Source of the DNA: a virus
Direction: 5' to 3' (one strand)
UHGV virus genome: UHGV-0363527
DNA: 63,110 bases
The translations under genes were made by a program, and so were the position numbers. How positions within the stretch are numbered: position 1 is the stretch's first letter; the number at the start of each line of letters is the position of its first letter. The notes under the pieces are model-generated. The model saw nothing but the letters and a program-made list of their open reading frames with translations, was not told the DNA's origin and searched no databases. Shown piece by piece: positions 28,910 to 37,630 of this stretch.

Positions 28910-29222
28910 TAGGTGCCTCCTCTTCCACGACAATGTATCTTTCCGTGAGCTCCTTGTTAGGAACAACGTACCATTCGTTGTCCGCAGGATCGACCTTAAA
29001 CCAATCGCCAACGCGGATAGTCATAGCGTACACGATGAGGCCGTCTTCGTCCCTCTGTATGATGTCAATCATAGGGTCGACTTCCTGCTTATGTACAAGA
29101 AGTTCAAGCCCTAGGTCAGCCCATACCTTAGACAGCTCAGAGAACTGCTCATCAGTGTAGCGAAATGCGTGCTCGATGGTCGAGTCTTCACACCACTTAG
29201 GGTTATATCTTACCTTGAGCAT
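28896..29222 (-). CDS. hypothetical acidic protein
   Basis: 108-aa ORF. Confidence 0.4.
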   Translation of the reverse strand: MLKVRYNPKWCEDSTIEHAFRYTDEQFSELSKVWADLGLELLVHKQEVDPMIDIIQRDEDGLIVYAMTIRVGDWFKVDPADNEWYVVPNKELTERYIVVEEEAPNVQA

Positions 29223-30111
29223 CTTTCCACTCCTTGTATTGGTTACACCACTGTTTTACAGGACAGTACTTCTCACAGCGAGTACGTTCACCCGGTCGAA
29301 ACTCAATCTTGTAACCGAGGCCAAGCTTATTATCTATAATGTACTGCTTGGCCTCTTGTTCAGAATCAAGTAGTCGTGTAGCTTTCGCTGCTCCTACCTT
29401 GTAAACGGCATACTTAGCAGGCTTCTCCCAGCATTCGTCCGGAGTGCATACTGGCAGCATGTCGTCGCTACAGGATTCGGCTTCCACGTGTAGACGAAGG
29501 CGTTCCTTGTAGTAGGACTCGCGCTCTTCAAGAGGCAGCACACGGAACCTGAATTCGTTGAAAGGTAAGTCGGGATACTTGTCATCTTTGTACCGTCCAG
29601 ATTGAGGTCTCCAATCCATATAGATGGCGTTGATGGCAACATCCTTTACAGGATACCCCTCCTTCTCAAGGAAGTACGCATTGATGTTGAGCTGGTCAAT
29701 CCATTCTTTCTTACCAGTGCTTCCGTGCATATACGCGGAGCAAGTTTTCCAGTCGGAAAGAGTTTGTGTCTCTTTATCATATAAGTCAAACTTTGCGACG
29801 ACCCGTCTGTATGTTGACTCATCGCCTCCATCAGGCTTGTCAAAGCGTGTGATCTTACGTTCAACCAGATACTTTGGATTCTTTGAAAGAGCTGATTCCA
29901 TCTCATGATGTACTGCGTTACCTCTCCAGACATACCATTGATCCATCAGGTCTTCAACAATCTCATGCTTGTGTCTCTTATAGAGCTGCACATAACGTGG
30001 ACTATCAATCAGTGACGTAGCACTGTAGTCTGATGCACCAACAGGGTCATAAGGTTGAGGTTGAAGGGCATCCTCAAATGCTTTGGGCAGATGATACTTG
30101 TTTGTGTACAT
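29203..30111 (-). CDS. PD-(D/E)XK exonuclease with C-terminal Fe-S cysteine cluster (Cas4/RecB-like)
   Basis: 302 aa; C-terminal CEKYCPVKQWC (C-x3-C-x5-C) plus upstream CTPDEC, as in Cas4/AddB-type nucleases; nuclease context. Confidence 0.55.
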   Translation of the reverse strand: MYTNKYHLPKAFEDALQPQPYDPVGASDYSATSLIDSPRYVQLYKRHKHEIVEDLMDQWYVWRGNAVHHEMESALSKNPKYLVERKITRFDKPDGGDESTYRRVVAKFDLYDKETQTLSDWKTCSAYMHGSTGKKEWIDQLNINAYFLEKEGYPVKDVAINAIYMDWRPQSGRYKDDKYPDLPFNEFRFRVLPLEERESYYKERLRLHVEAESCSDDMLPVCTPDECWEKPAKYAVYKVGAAKATRLLDSEQEAKQYIIDNKLGLGYKIEFRPGERTRCEKYCPVKQWCNQYKEWKDAQGKI

Positions 30112-30205
30112 AACACTCCTAAAAAGAAAAGGCCAGTATATGATGTATATGTTGTCAAGTTACATATTCACATCAATAGACTGGCCTCTTTTGAGTTAAG
30201 CTAAT

Positions 30206-30637
30206 TTATCTTACCCAAGCAGGAGTTCCACTGGTAGCAGCCAACGCGGCCTCACTACCTGCAACGCCTTGCGACTTGAGAGCTTTTGCTTGCTCTTCTG
30301 TCAACGGTTCATACGTGGGAAGGTTTCTGCTCTCACCGAGCTTTTCAACGGAAGCAATATCCCACATATTACCACCTCTGCGAACGAACTTTATGATGAC
30401 AACGTCACCCGGAGAACATGCCTTCTGGAAGAACTGTACAATAGAACAGTTAGGACGTTCGATACCCTTCTCGATTACTGTGGTAGCAGTGTTCTCAAAG
30501 AGAATCTTTTCATAAGGAGTATTGGGTTCCTTGTCATAACCCTTGCGTTCTCCTTTGAGTACGTAACCAGTAAAGGGACGACCAGCCCTTGACACTAGAT
30601 CATGTTTCAGTTCGATACTATCGAAAATAAACCACAT
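30206..30637 (-). CDS. hypothetical protein (possible ssDNA-binding OB-fold, weak)
   Basis: 143-aa ORF located beside the polymerase, like T7 gp2.5; no firm motif. Confidence 0.35.
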   Translation of the reverse strand: MWFIFDSIELKHDLVSRAGRPFTGYVLKGERKGYDKEPNTPYEKILFENTATTVIEKGIERPNCSIVQFFQKACSPGDVVIIKFVRRGGNMWDIASVEKLGESRNLPTYEPLTEEQAKALKSQGVAGSEAALAATSGTPAWVR

Positions 30638-30672
30638 GGACTTTTCCTATGTTTTCACGCGCGTATAAAAGA

Positions 30673-30700
30673 AAGATAAACACGAAAGAAGATTTGTCAA
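30673..30700 (-). promoter_or_regulatory. sigma70-like promoter (TTGACA-16-TATCTT) for 30637..30206, embedded in copy B of the duplicated element
   Basis: Reverse complement reads TTGACAaatcttctttcgtgttTATCTT. Confidence 0.45.
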
Positions 30701-30750
30701 GAACTTTCTAAATGAAAGTCTTGAAGGAGCACAGCTCCGGTTGTCAAGAG
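30693..30750 (-). repeat. copy B of the duplicated ~57-nt regulatory element (palindrome GGAGCTGTGCTCC between two CTTGACAA boxes)
   Basis: Aligned by eye with 18987-19042. Confidence 0.55.
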
Positions 30751-31640
30751 AGGAAGGCAGGAAGATCTGCGAAGATCTTATCCATCTCTTCTTCCTTGAT
30801 CTCCTTCGTATTACCATAGTCATACCCTACTTCACAGTCTCCTGTCAAGGGTACCACAATATCCCAACCAAAGTATTCTTTAGCAAGTTGAGGTAAACTA
30901 CGGAACAGCTTAATACCTTCACGGCACAGAATCTCTGCTTCTTCTACAGGACAATCCCATACCATCGAGTCATGAACTTGAAGAATCAAGTTAGCCTTGA
31001 GACCAAGCTCAGCTACGCGTTCTATGAACTTGACCATGCATAGAAACATAATGTCAGATGAGGCAGACTGAACAGGATAGTTCTTTACTTGCTTGACATC
31101 AACAGACTCAATACCGTTACGTACTTCTTCATCAAACGTGAGCACACGTCCAGAAGGATTACGTAAGTATCCACGTGCGGCTGCAATCTGTGCGTTCTCG
31201 TCTTGCCAACGCTTCAAGCCTTGATACTTTGCATAGAATGCGTTAACAATCTCTCTCCATCTCTTTAAGCTATAGTCAGGCATACGCTGGTCTCGATAGA
31301 AACCTTCAGCGGAACCACCATAGAGAAGACGAAAGGACATTGTCTTAGCAGCTGTACGAACTTTCTTAAACTCTTTCGAGCCACGTTCATACTGGCCAGC
31401 ATCAAAGAATCGGATAGCATTGTCAGCATGAATGTCCAGACCTGTGTCCAACTCGTGAAGCATGACAGGATCTCTGCTCAGCTCAGCAGCAATACGCCAT
31501 TCAATCTGAGCTAAGTCAAGATTTACAATAACCCCTTGTTTACTTTTAAAGAATGTTTTGATGGGGCTGGTACCACTACGGGGAAAGTTTTGGCCATTCT
31601 CAAATTTTGTATACTGATCAGCTAAGTATACTTCCCTCAT
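30744..31640 (-). CDS. polA: family-A DNA polymerase, C-terminal part (palm/fingers; exon 2)
   Basis: Pol I motif A DLAQIEWR, motif B RTAAKTMSFRLLYGGS, motif C VHDSMVWD; N-terminus ENGQNFP continues the ..SSNP|NLQNIP region of exon 1. Confidence 0.8.
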   Translation of the reverse strand: MREVYLADQYTKFENGQNFPRSGTSPIKTFFKSKQGVIVNLDLAQIEWRIAAELSRDPVMLHELDTGLDIHADNAIRFFDAGQYERGSKEFKKVRTAAKTMSFRLLYGGSAEGFYRDQRMPDYSLKRWREIVNAFYAKYQGLKRWQDENAQIAAARGYLRNPSGRVLTFDEEVRNGIESVDVKQVKNYPVQSASSDIMFLCMVKFIERVAELGLKANLILQVHDSMVWDCPVEEAEILCREGIKLFRSLPQLAKEYFGWDIVVPLTGDCEVGYDYGNTKEIKEEEMDKIFADLPAFLS

Positions 31641-32301
31641 TACTGTGGTAATTGGACTATATCATCATGAGTAGACAGTACTTAAAGAGTAAGTCTACCC
31701 AAGCTGGGCGCTGTCCTATGTCTTCATAGGCACTTAGTCTCTGCACCTTCTTCAGTATTGCATGAATATGTCTGTGCTGACCAGACTTTAACAAGGCTAA
31801 GTTCCAAACCTTGTTGCATAGTTTATCACCATTGATATGGTGAACGTGCATTCCTTTTGGAACCTTTGTCATACCGTCTCTTTTGCAAACAACAACATGA
31901 TGCACAAAAACTTTACTAGAGTTTCCGCGTGTTCCTGTAAACCAGCTAGGTTTATAGACTAGAGCATAGCCGTCATTGTCTATTGTAATACCACCTGTAT
32001 AAAAAGGACTGTTCTTTCCTTTTCTGTTGTACATGGTGTTTAACTTACCAAGCTGGGCTCGTCTATAGTTCTTGGCCTTGCGTGCTTTTCTTTCTTCTTC
32101 TGAAAGTCTGTTATTAGCCACACGCCAAACAACATGTGCACTAGACTTTAGTTCATCAGCAATCTGCTGATATGTAAGCGCTGTGTTGATTAAGAGATGG
32201 TATGCTTGTTCATGCACTGAAGCTTGGCTCATGATTGCCCTCAGCGACATCTGTTAGGGTTTCCATGAGTTCACCCAGTTTTACAACCCCAATGGGTACT
32301 T
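31599..32301 (-). mobile_element. probable group I intron (about 0.7 kb) carrying an HNH ORF and interrupting the family-A DNA polymerase gene
   Basis: Exon 1 homology ends at ..TGRLSSSNP and exon 2 resumes at ..(N)GQNFP. This is the conserved TGRLSS-PNLQNIP segment of Pol I. The two ORFs are otherwise colinear with one polymerase. Confidence 0.5.
31657..32250 (-). CDS. HNH homing endonuclease inside the DNA polymerase gene
   Basis: HHINGDKLCNKVWNLALLKSGQHRHIH; lies exactly between the two polymerase ORFs. Confidence 0.7.
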   Translation of the reverse strand: MSLRAIMSQASVHEQAYHLLINTALTYQQIADELKSSAHVVWRVANNRLSEEERKARKAKNYRRAQLGKLNTMYNRKGKNSPFYTGGITIDNDGYALVYKPSWFTGTRGNSSKVFVHHVVVCKRDGMTKVPKGMHVHHINGDKLCNKVWNLALLKSGQHRHIHAILKKVQRLSAYEDIGQRPAWVDLLFKYCLLMMI

Positions 32302-33408
32302 AGGGTTGGAAGAAGAGAGTCTACCTGTACGTGTAATGCACTGGTTAAAGGAAGGATGAAGCCTGTCGTCTTTACCGATGACAGCAATCAATCCTGCCTC
32401 TTTCTCTTCTTTAGAACCAGCAATTGAAGACACTACTTTCATCAGCTTCTTCTGATCTCGTAGTGTTTGAAGGAAGGACTCAGAGCGTTTGTCACGAGAC
32501 TTTAACAAATCAAGCGTGTTCTTATCAGTTGAAGGCAAGCCAGTCTTCTTAGACAAGCAGCCGTCTGGAACTTTAAAGCCAAGTCCCTTGATAGGAATCT
32601 CAATCTTAGTCTTACGTGTGGTGATCTTAAACTTACCGCTCTTTAGCTGACGAGCTACAAGTTCAGGAACTTCTTTCTTCCAAGAACCACCAAATAAAAC
32701 AGCACTGAGTTGTGAAGCAGAGGAGGGAGTAAAGTCAATACCAGCCAGATCGACCAGCGTCTTGTCCATTGCTTTAACCTGTTCACGCGTTTGGTTACAG
32801 TAAGCAATAGCTTCTTCTTTGTCGAAGGCTGCACCAGATACTTCCATGTCAGAAAGGATCTGGGTTAGACGGAAAGAAAGTTCCGTTATCTTGCCAAGGC
32901 TTGCACGCTCAATGAGCGTGAGTTGTTTCTTGAACACGTCATGTGTAAGATGTACGTCCTGCTTGAGATAGTCTTCATGAATCTCTAACGGAATCTCATC
33001 CGTCTCATATCCAGCTTGCCAATACATAGCCATAGCATCGAGCTTATGACCTAAGCCATAGCGTTTGGCAACAGCATTCAAACTATACTCAAGTTTACGC
33101 TGACCATTTATGAGATAGTCAGCTACCATCGTACACCAGACTGGCTTGTCCTTGACATTCAAACCAATCCACTTCAACCAGTTCAAGTCGAACTTGATGT
33201 TGTGCCCAATCAAGAAGTCAACACTGTCAATCTCTTGTTGGATTTCAGCAAGAAGTTCTTCGTGTGGTCTATCGTTCGGATTGAAGAACCACACGGTTGA
33301 GGTACCGTCCTGACGTTCAATTCCAACAGAGCACAAGAAGGAACCTACTGTCCAAGGCATGTGCTTTGGTGCTTTAGAACATTCTATGTCGAGTACCGCG
33401 TAAGGCAT
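32281..33408 (-). CDS. polA: family-A DNA polymerase, N-terminal part (3'-5' exonuclease + N-terminal polymerase domain; exon 1)
   Basis: Exo I VLDIECS, Exo II FLIGHNIKFDLNWL, Exo III YLKQDVHLTHDVF; ends with RLHPSFNQCITRTGRLSSSNP (pre-motif-A segment). Confidence 0.8.
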   Translation of the reverse strand: MPYAVLDIECSKAPKHMPWTVGSFLCSVGIERQDGTSTVWFFNPNDRPHEELLAEIQQEIDSVDFLIGHNIKFDLNWLKWIGLNVKDKPVWCTMVADYLINGQRKLEYSLNAVAKRYGLGHKLDAMAMYWQAGYETDEIPLEIHEDYLKQDVHLTHDVFKKQLTLIERASLGKITELSFRLTQILSDMEVSGAAFDKEEAIAYCNQTREQVKAMDKTLVDLAGIDFTPSSASQLSAVLFGGSWKKEVPELVARQLKSGKFKITTRKTKIEIPIKGLGFKVPDGCLSKKTGLPSTDKNTLDLLKSRDKRSESFLQTLRDQKKLMKVVSSIAGSKEEKEAGLIAVIGKDDRLHPSFNQCITRTGRLSSSNPKYPLGL

Positions 33409-33409
33409 A

Positions 33410-33637
33410 CTACTTGCTCGGCTTAGCTTCGGTCGTCACGGTAGGCTCATCAAGCGAGAGAGACATCGTGGCTACGTTATTTGCTGCCTCAGCTTTCGTA
33501 TAATCTTTAAGCGCAGTCAGCATGTCGACAAGGGAGAGATCGCGCAGAGCAAGACCAGTTTCCTGTTCCAACTTAGCAACAAACTCTTCAAAAGCGATAT
33601 CAGCCTGAGCAATAACTTTGTTAGTGAATACGGACAT
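33410..33637 (-). CDS. small acidic protein
   Basis: 75-aa ORF. Confidence 0.35.
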   Translation of the reverse strand: MSVFTNKVIAQADIAFEEFVAKLEQETGLALRDLSLVDMLTALKDYTKAEAANNVATMSLSLDEPTVTTEAKPSK

Positions 33638-33639
33638 GT

Positions 33640-35037
33640 TTACTTCTGTTCCAAGTTAGGGTTCCCATATATCTCAGACAAGAGTGATTTGAAGGTGGAC
33701 TTAACTTCAGGTGAGCCAGAACCTTGGTGAGACTGGTCGTCGGACTTCGACACTTCGGAGAAGCTACCTGATGCCTTGTCAGTGTATAGGGCACATGAAG
33801 CATTGAACACTACTTCATACTTGCCATGCCTACCTTCATTCATCTTGTTCTTACATATAGATATATATCTAATACCGCAAACAGGATTGTCAACATCATC
33901 TAATGATTTTCCTATCCCGATTGCATAGTCAAGCTCACCGGGTTTACCGGTCTTGCTGTTATCCATGTCAGATGTCTTCAGCCATTTAGCACCTTCTGCT
34001 GAAGCTGACGCCTGACCAACAGCAATGACATCACAGTCGTATGCTTTAGCAAGTTCGCGAAACTTACCATATACAGCTTTAAGTCTTTCAACAGTTGACA
34101 TATCTCTGTCACCAGAGAAACGAACCTTGTCACCTTGGTCTATAACTAAGAGGCGTACATTGTACGTCTTCATCAACTGTTCAATGTCTTCAACTGAGAT
34201 GACAGCTTGATCATAGATTTTTATCTTGTGTCCACCTAGTTTGATGAACTCTTCTTCTGCATCAGCAGGATAGTTTACAAGATCAGCCTTACTGCACTTA
34301 AGCACTGACTGATAGATACGAAAGAGAACTCGCTTGCCTTTCTCTTCGTTGTTACACCAGAGTATAACTTCATCATCCTTCAACTGCGATGCAAAGTTAG
34401 AAACTTCTGATACAATAAACGATGTCTTACCTGTATCGACTCTAGCAAATACGTGACCAAGGCTACCACCTCTTAGTTCTCCGATGCTTTCGTTCAGGCA
34501 TGACAAGCGCCATCGTAATCCAGCTTCATGTACTTCTTCTTGTAAGAGCTCAGTCAAGTTAGACTTTACAAATAGTTGGTCTTCATCTTTGTTAAGCTTC
34601 ACTTTGCGTTCATTGAACTCGGATAACATATCCTGTACTTCGTCAAGGACAGAGTATGAATCACCGTCAAGAACTTCAGTCAACTTAAATACCATCTCAC
34701 TTGCAAAATATTTCTCAAGAAAGTGGTTTAAGTTTTCTTCAAGTACTTTATTATCAATCTCAGTTGAACCTAAACGCTCAAGGTAAGCAGAATAAGATGT
34801 TCTCTTCTTCAGAATAGGGTGCTTCACTGAAAAGAAAACAAGTAATTCTTCAACACTAAGGACTTCCTTATCAGGATATTCAGAGAAATATTCCTTAATT
34901 GTTTTCAGAAAGTTCTTAGTTTCAAGTTCAAGGTTTAACTCAAAGATGAATTTAAAGTACTTATCAAAGTTTTCTTTGCTTAACAAGAACAAAACAAGGG
35001 ATATTTCTTCAATGTTCATAGTGCCTTGCTTGTTCAA
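33640..35037 (-). CDS. DnaB/T7 gp4-like replicative DNA helicase
   Basis: Walker A ARVDTGKTSF, Walker B LLVIDQGD, RecA-like core; 465 aa. Confidence 0.75.
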   Translation of the reverse strand: MNKQGTMNIEEISLVLFLLSKENFDKYFKFIFELNLELETKNFLKTIKEYFSEYPDKEVLSVEELLVFFSVKHPILKKRTSYSAYLERLGSTEIDNKVLEENLNHFLEKYFASEMVFKLTEVLDGDSYSVLDEVQDMLSEFNERKVKLNKDEDQLFVKSNLTELLQEEVHEAGLRWRLSCLNESIGELRGGSLGHVFARVDTGKTSFIVSEVSNFASQLKDDEVILWCNNEEKGKRVLFRIYQSVLKCSKADLVNYPADAEEEFIKLGGHKIKIYDQAVISVEDIEQLMKTYNVRLLVIDQGDKVRFSGDRDMSTVERLKAVYGKFRELAKAYDCDVIAVGQASASAEGAKWLKTSDMDNSKTGKPGELDYAIGIGKSLDDVDNPVCGIRYISICKNKMNEGRHGKYEVVFNASCALYTDKASGSFSEVSKSDDQSHQGSGSPEVKSTFKSLLSEIYGNPNLEQK

Positions 35038-35390
35038 GAGTTAAGGTCAACCTTCTAATTCAGAAGAAATATAGTCTTAATGTTCAAAGCATTAGTTACC
35101 TATAGTACTTATGAATTAAGAGTTAGGTTTAGTCTTAGGATATTATACCTAAATAAGGTACTTACGAAGTAAGTTATTTAAGATATTATACTTAAGTAAG
35201 GTTAAGTAACGGCTAAGATATACTTAGATATATTATAATACTTAATTAAGTAAAGTCAAGGATACTTATTAAGATACTTAATATATTAACCTAAAGGTTT
35301 TATCTTTAGGTTTACCTGTTAAGTAACCTATAGTACTATAGGTATAAGATCAAACACCTGCTTGTCAAGTACCTGTCTGCACATTTATTA
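35038..35390. repeat. AT-rich repeat region between helicase and primase genes (candidate replication origin / promoter region)
   Basis: About 350 bp of roughly 25-30 percent GC with reiterated TTAAGTAA / ATACTTAA / CCTATAGTACT words. Confidence 0.5.
35341..35368 (-). promoter_or_regulatory. sigma70-like promoter (TTGACA-16-TATACC) upstream of helicase gene
   Basis: Reverse complement reads TTGACAagcaggtgtttgatctTATACC. Confidence 0.4.
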
Positions 35391-35675
35391 GGCAGCCATC
35401 GCGTAGGTGAACGAGTTCATCCTGATGTTATCAAGATAGCCAAGACTCGTAGTGTTGTACGAATGACTCCTGCCGTTAGTGCTGCCACACTTAGGACACG
35501 GCATCGACTTGAGCTTGTCTGCAAAAAGCGTGCCACACGAGTCGCACATGACCAGCTCCATGTCGTAGAAGTTCGACAGCTGGTTACGCTTACGGGACAG
35601 ACTGCGCTGTATGTCGTAACCAGAGGAGGAGGAAGACTGTACAAAGGAGACAGCCTTATCGTTGAAGCTAAGCAT
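35388..35675 (-). CDS. small zinc-ribbon protein
   Basis: 95 aa, CDSCG...CPKCG. Confidence 0.4.
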   Translation of the reverse strand: MLSFNDKAVSFVQSSSSSGYDIQRSLSRKRNQLSNFYDMELVMCDSCGTLFADKLKSMPCPKCGSTNGRSHSYNTTSLGYLDNIRMNSFTYAMAA

Positions 35676-35801
35676 GACACACCTCCTTAACCGCCTTGCA
35701 CAAAGTACGCCAGATAGATCGGGCGTTGCTGATGATGTTGATCACGTTCCAGAACAGCTTACGAATGATCTCGAAGATGCTCATGGTCTTCTTGCCAATG
35801 G

Positions 35802-36704
35802 TCACACCGATGGACACGTCTTTCCACGTAGGCCCATCGTAGGTTTTCTTTCCGAATCCGAACATGTCGCACCTCCTACGAAGCGTTGGACTTCTTCGGG
35901 TTTATAACACTTAGGGTCTTGGTGTGCCAGCACAACTGGACTTGCGCTGTAACCAAGCGCACGCAATTGCTTTGCGTACTTGCAGGCCTCTTGTCTTTTG
36001 TCGGGATCAAGCCAGACCTTTATACACTCTATATCTGCGTCCGCCAGAACATCACGTAAAAGATCCATCTTCACGTAGCTTCCAAGTAGAGCAACAGCAC
36101 TCACACCGGCCCTAGCTACTGCGAGGCATGAAAGAATATCCTCGACGAGTACGACCTTCGATGTTTGGTTATTTACAAACAGAACGATATCTGACCTTTG
36201 TGATCTCACGTTCATGTACTTAGGTCTGGATGTGTCTGAAGAAAGGTTGCGGCCCTGCCAAAAGACCAGCTCTCCATCCCGGAACACAGGAAGGATTAAC
36301 CTATCTAGTCTGGGGCTGTACCCAAAATGGTACCGGCGTATCTCATCCTCATTGACGCCGTAGGTACATAACCACAGCAAACCTGACGCGGGAATGTCAG
36401 CGGTAAAGTCTGACGGGAGAGTGACTTTCTTCGTTACGACACTGGCATTGTCTTTATTGCCCACTGCTCTTCGATGCAATTCACTTAAGATCGCGCTAGA
36501 TGATGGGCTTTTAACCGGGTACCAGTATTTAGTGTGGCACCTATGACACCACATACTGAACCCATTCCTCTTACGTGTCACAACAAAGCCATGACTGGTT
36601 ACCTTATCTGGTTCACAGAAAGGACAGTAGGCTTGTCTTACTGGCACGTCCATAGGTGCATTGTAATCAAGGAACTTCTCAAGCTCCTCTCGCCTGACAG
36701 TCAT
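35802..36704 (-). CDS. DNA primase (Cys4 zinc-ribbon + TOPRIM, T7 gp4 primase-like)
   Basis: CPFCEPDK...CHRCH zinc motif followed by TOPRIM-like VVLVEDILSCLAV ... WLDPDKRQEA acidic motifs; 300 aa. Confidence 0.65.
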   Translation of the reverse strand: MTVRREELEKFLDYNAPMDVPVRQAYCPFCEPDKVTSHGFVVTRKRNGFSMWCHRCHTKYWYPVKSPSSSAILSELHRRAVGNKDNASVVTKKVTLPSDFTADIPASGLLWLCTYGVNEDEIRRYHFGYSPRLDRLILPVFRDGELVFWQGRNLSSDTSRPKYMNVRSQRSDIVLFVNNQTSKVVLVEDILSCLAVARAGVSAVALLGSYVKMDLLRDVLADADIECIKVWLDPDKRQEACKYAKQLRALGYSASPVVLAHQDPKCYKPEEVQRFVGGATCSDSERKPTMGLRGKTCPSV

Positions 36705-36892
36705 ACTCTTGTATCTCTGTTATGGTTACAAGCTGATACATCCATGCCTCTAAGCATGAGTTCATGTCTTGCCTTTACGTCAGAGACACACAGTATGTCT
36801 GGACTGTTGTTGGTGTTCTGTTTGCATTACATTTCTACGTCCCTCGGTTATGGTTCATATACCGTTTAAACGCACGAGGATTGATTCTAAGA

Positions 36893-36925
36893 CACGTTTA
36901 TTTAAAAGATGACTCATAGGTCATC
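36893..36925 (-). terminator. rho-independent terminator for minus-strand transcripts
   Basis: GATGACtcatagGTCATC stem; on the minus strand it is followed by TTTTAAATAAA. Confidence 0.45.
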
Positions 36926-36954
36926 CTCATAGTAAACGAGGCTTAAAACCTCTC

Positions 36955-37299
36955 CTAGAGAGCAAGCCGCTCAACGTCGCTTAAACGTCTTCTCTTCCCT
37001 CGCATCCAGTTCTTAGGGATGTCAATGTCAAGCAGCTTGTGTTCTTTGTCAGTCCTCTTAAGGAATCTGTTAAAGAAACTGTGACAACATCCAGACACAA
37101 GAGAGACAGCTTTGTGAACCCTTGACATCTTTTCAGGAATGATTACGTAATCATTCTTTTCCAGTTTGTCAAGTAGTTCATTGGCAGCTTCTATGTTGGT
37201 GACGAAGTCCATGATCTTCTTCCAACCGATCTGCCACAGGGCTTTGATACCTTTGAACAACCATCCAAAGAACTGCTTGATACGATTACGCATAAGCAC
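36955..37299 (-). CDS. hypothetical protein
   Basis: 114-aa ORF. Confidence 0.4.
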   Translation of the reverse strand: MLMRNRIKQFFGWLFKGIKALWQIGWKKIMDFVTNIEAANELLDKLEKNDYVIIPEKMSRVHKAVSLVSGCCHSFFNRFLKRTDKEHKLLDIDIPKNWMRGKRRRLSDVERLAL

Positions 37300-37333
37300 C
37301 TCGTGTTAAGGTTTACAAGTAGCGTTAGCTACG

Positions 37334-37618
37334 CTAACTTTTACGAACAACGGTCGGACGAAGAGCACCCAACCATCTATGCCACACCCCTTTCAGACGA
37401 AGGGTGTAGTCGTGCAGGGAACGGATGAAAGCTTCCGCTTCCGTGCTACGCTTGAAGCAGAGGTCAAGCGCAGAACGAAAATCGTCTGCGGTATATTCAC
37501 CGGGGAAGTCGATCATGTTTTCAATACGCTTCTGTTCTTCTTCCGTATACAGAGGAAGTTTGAGTTCACATCCGGGAACAGAAGGATTGCAAATCTCAGG
37601 ACGACGTGGTACGATCAT
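37334..37618 (-). CDS. hypothetical protein
   Basis: 94-aa ORF. Confidence 0.4.
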   Translation of the reverse strand: MIVPRRPEICNPSVPGCELKLPLYTEEEQKRIENMIDFPGEYTADDFRSALDLCFKRSTEAEAFIRSLHDYTLRLKGVWHRWLGALRPTVVRKS

Positions 37619-37630
37619 GTTGTAATCCTC

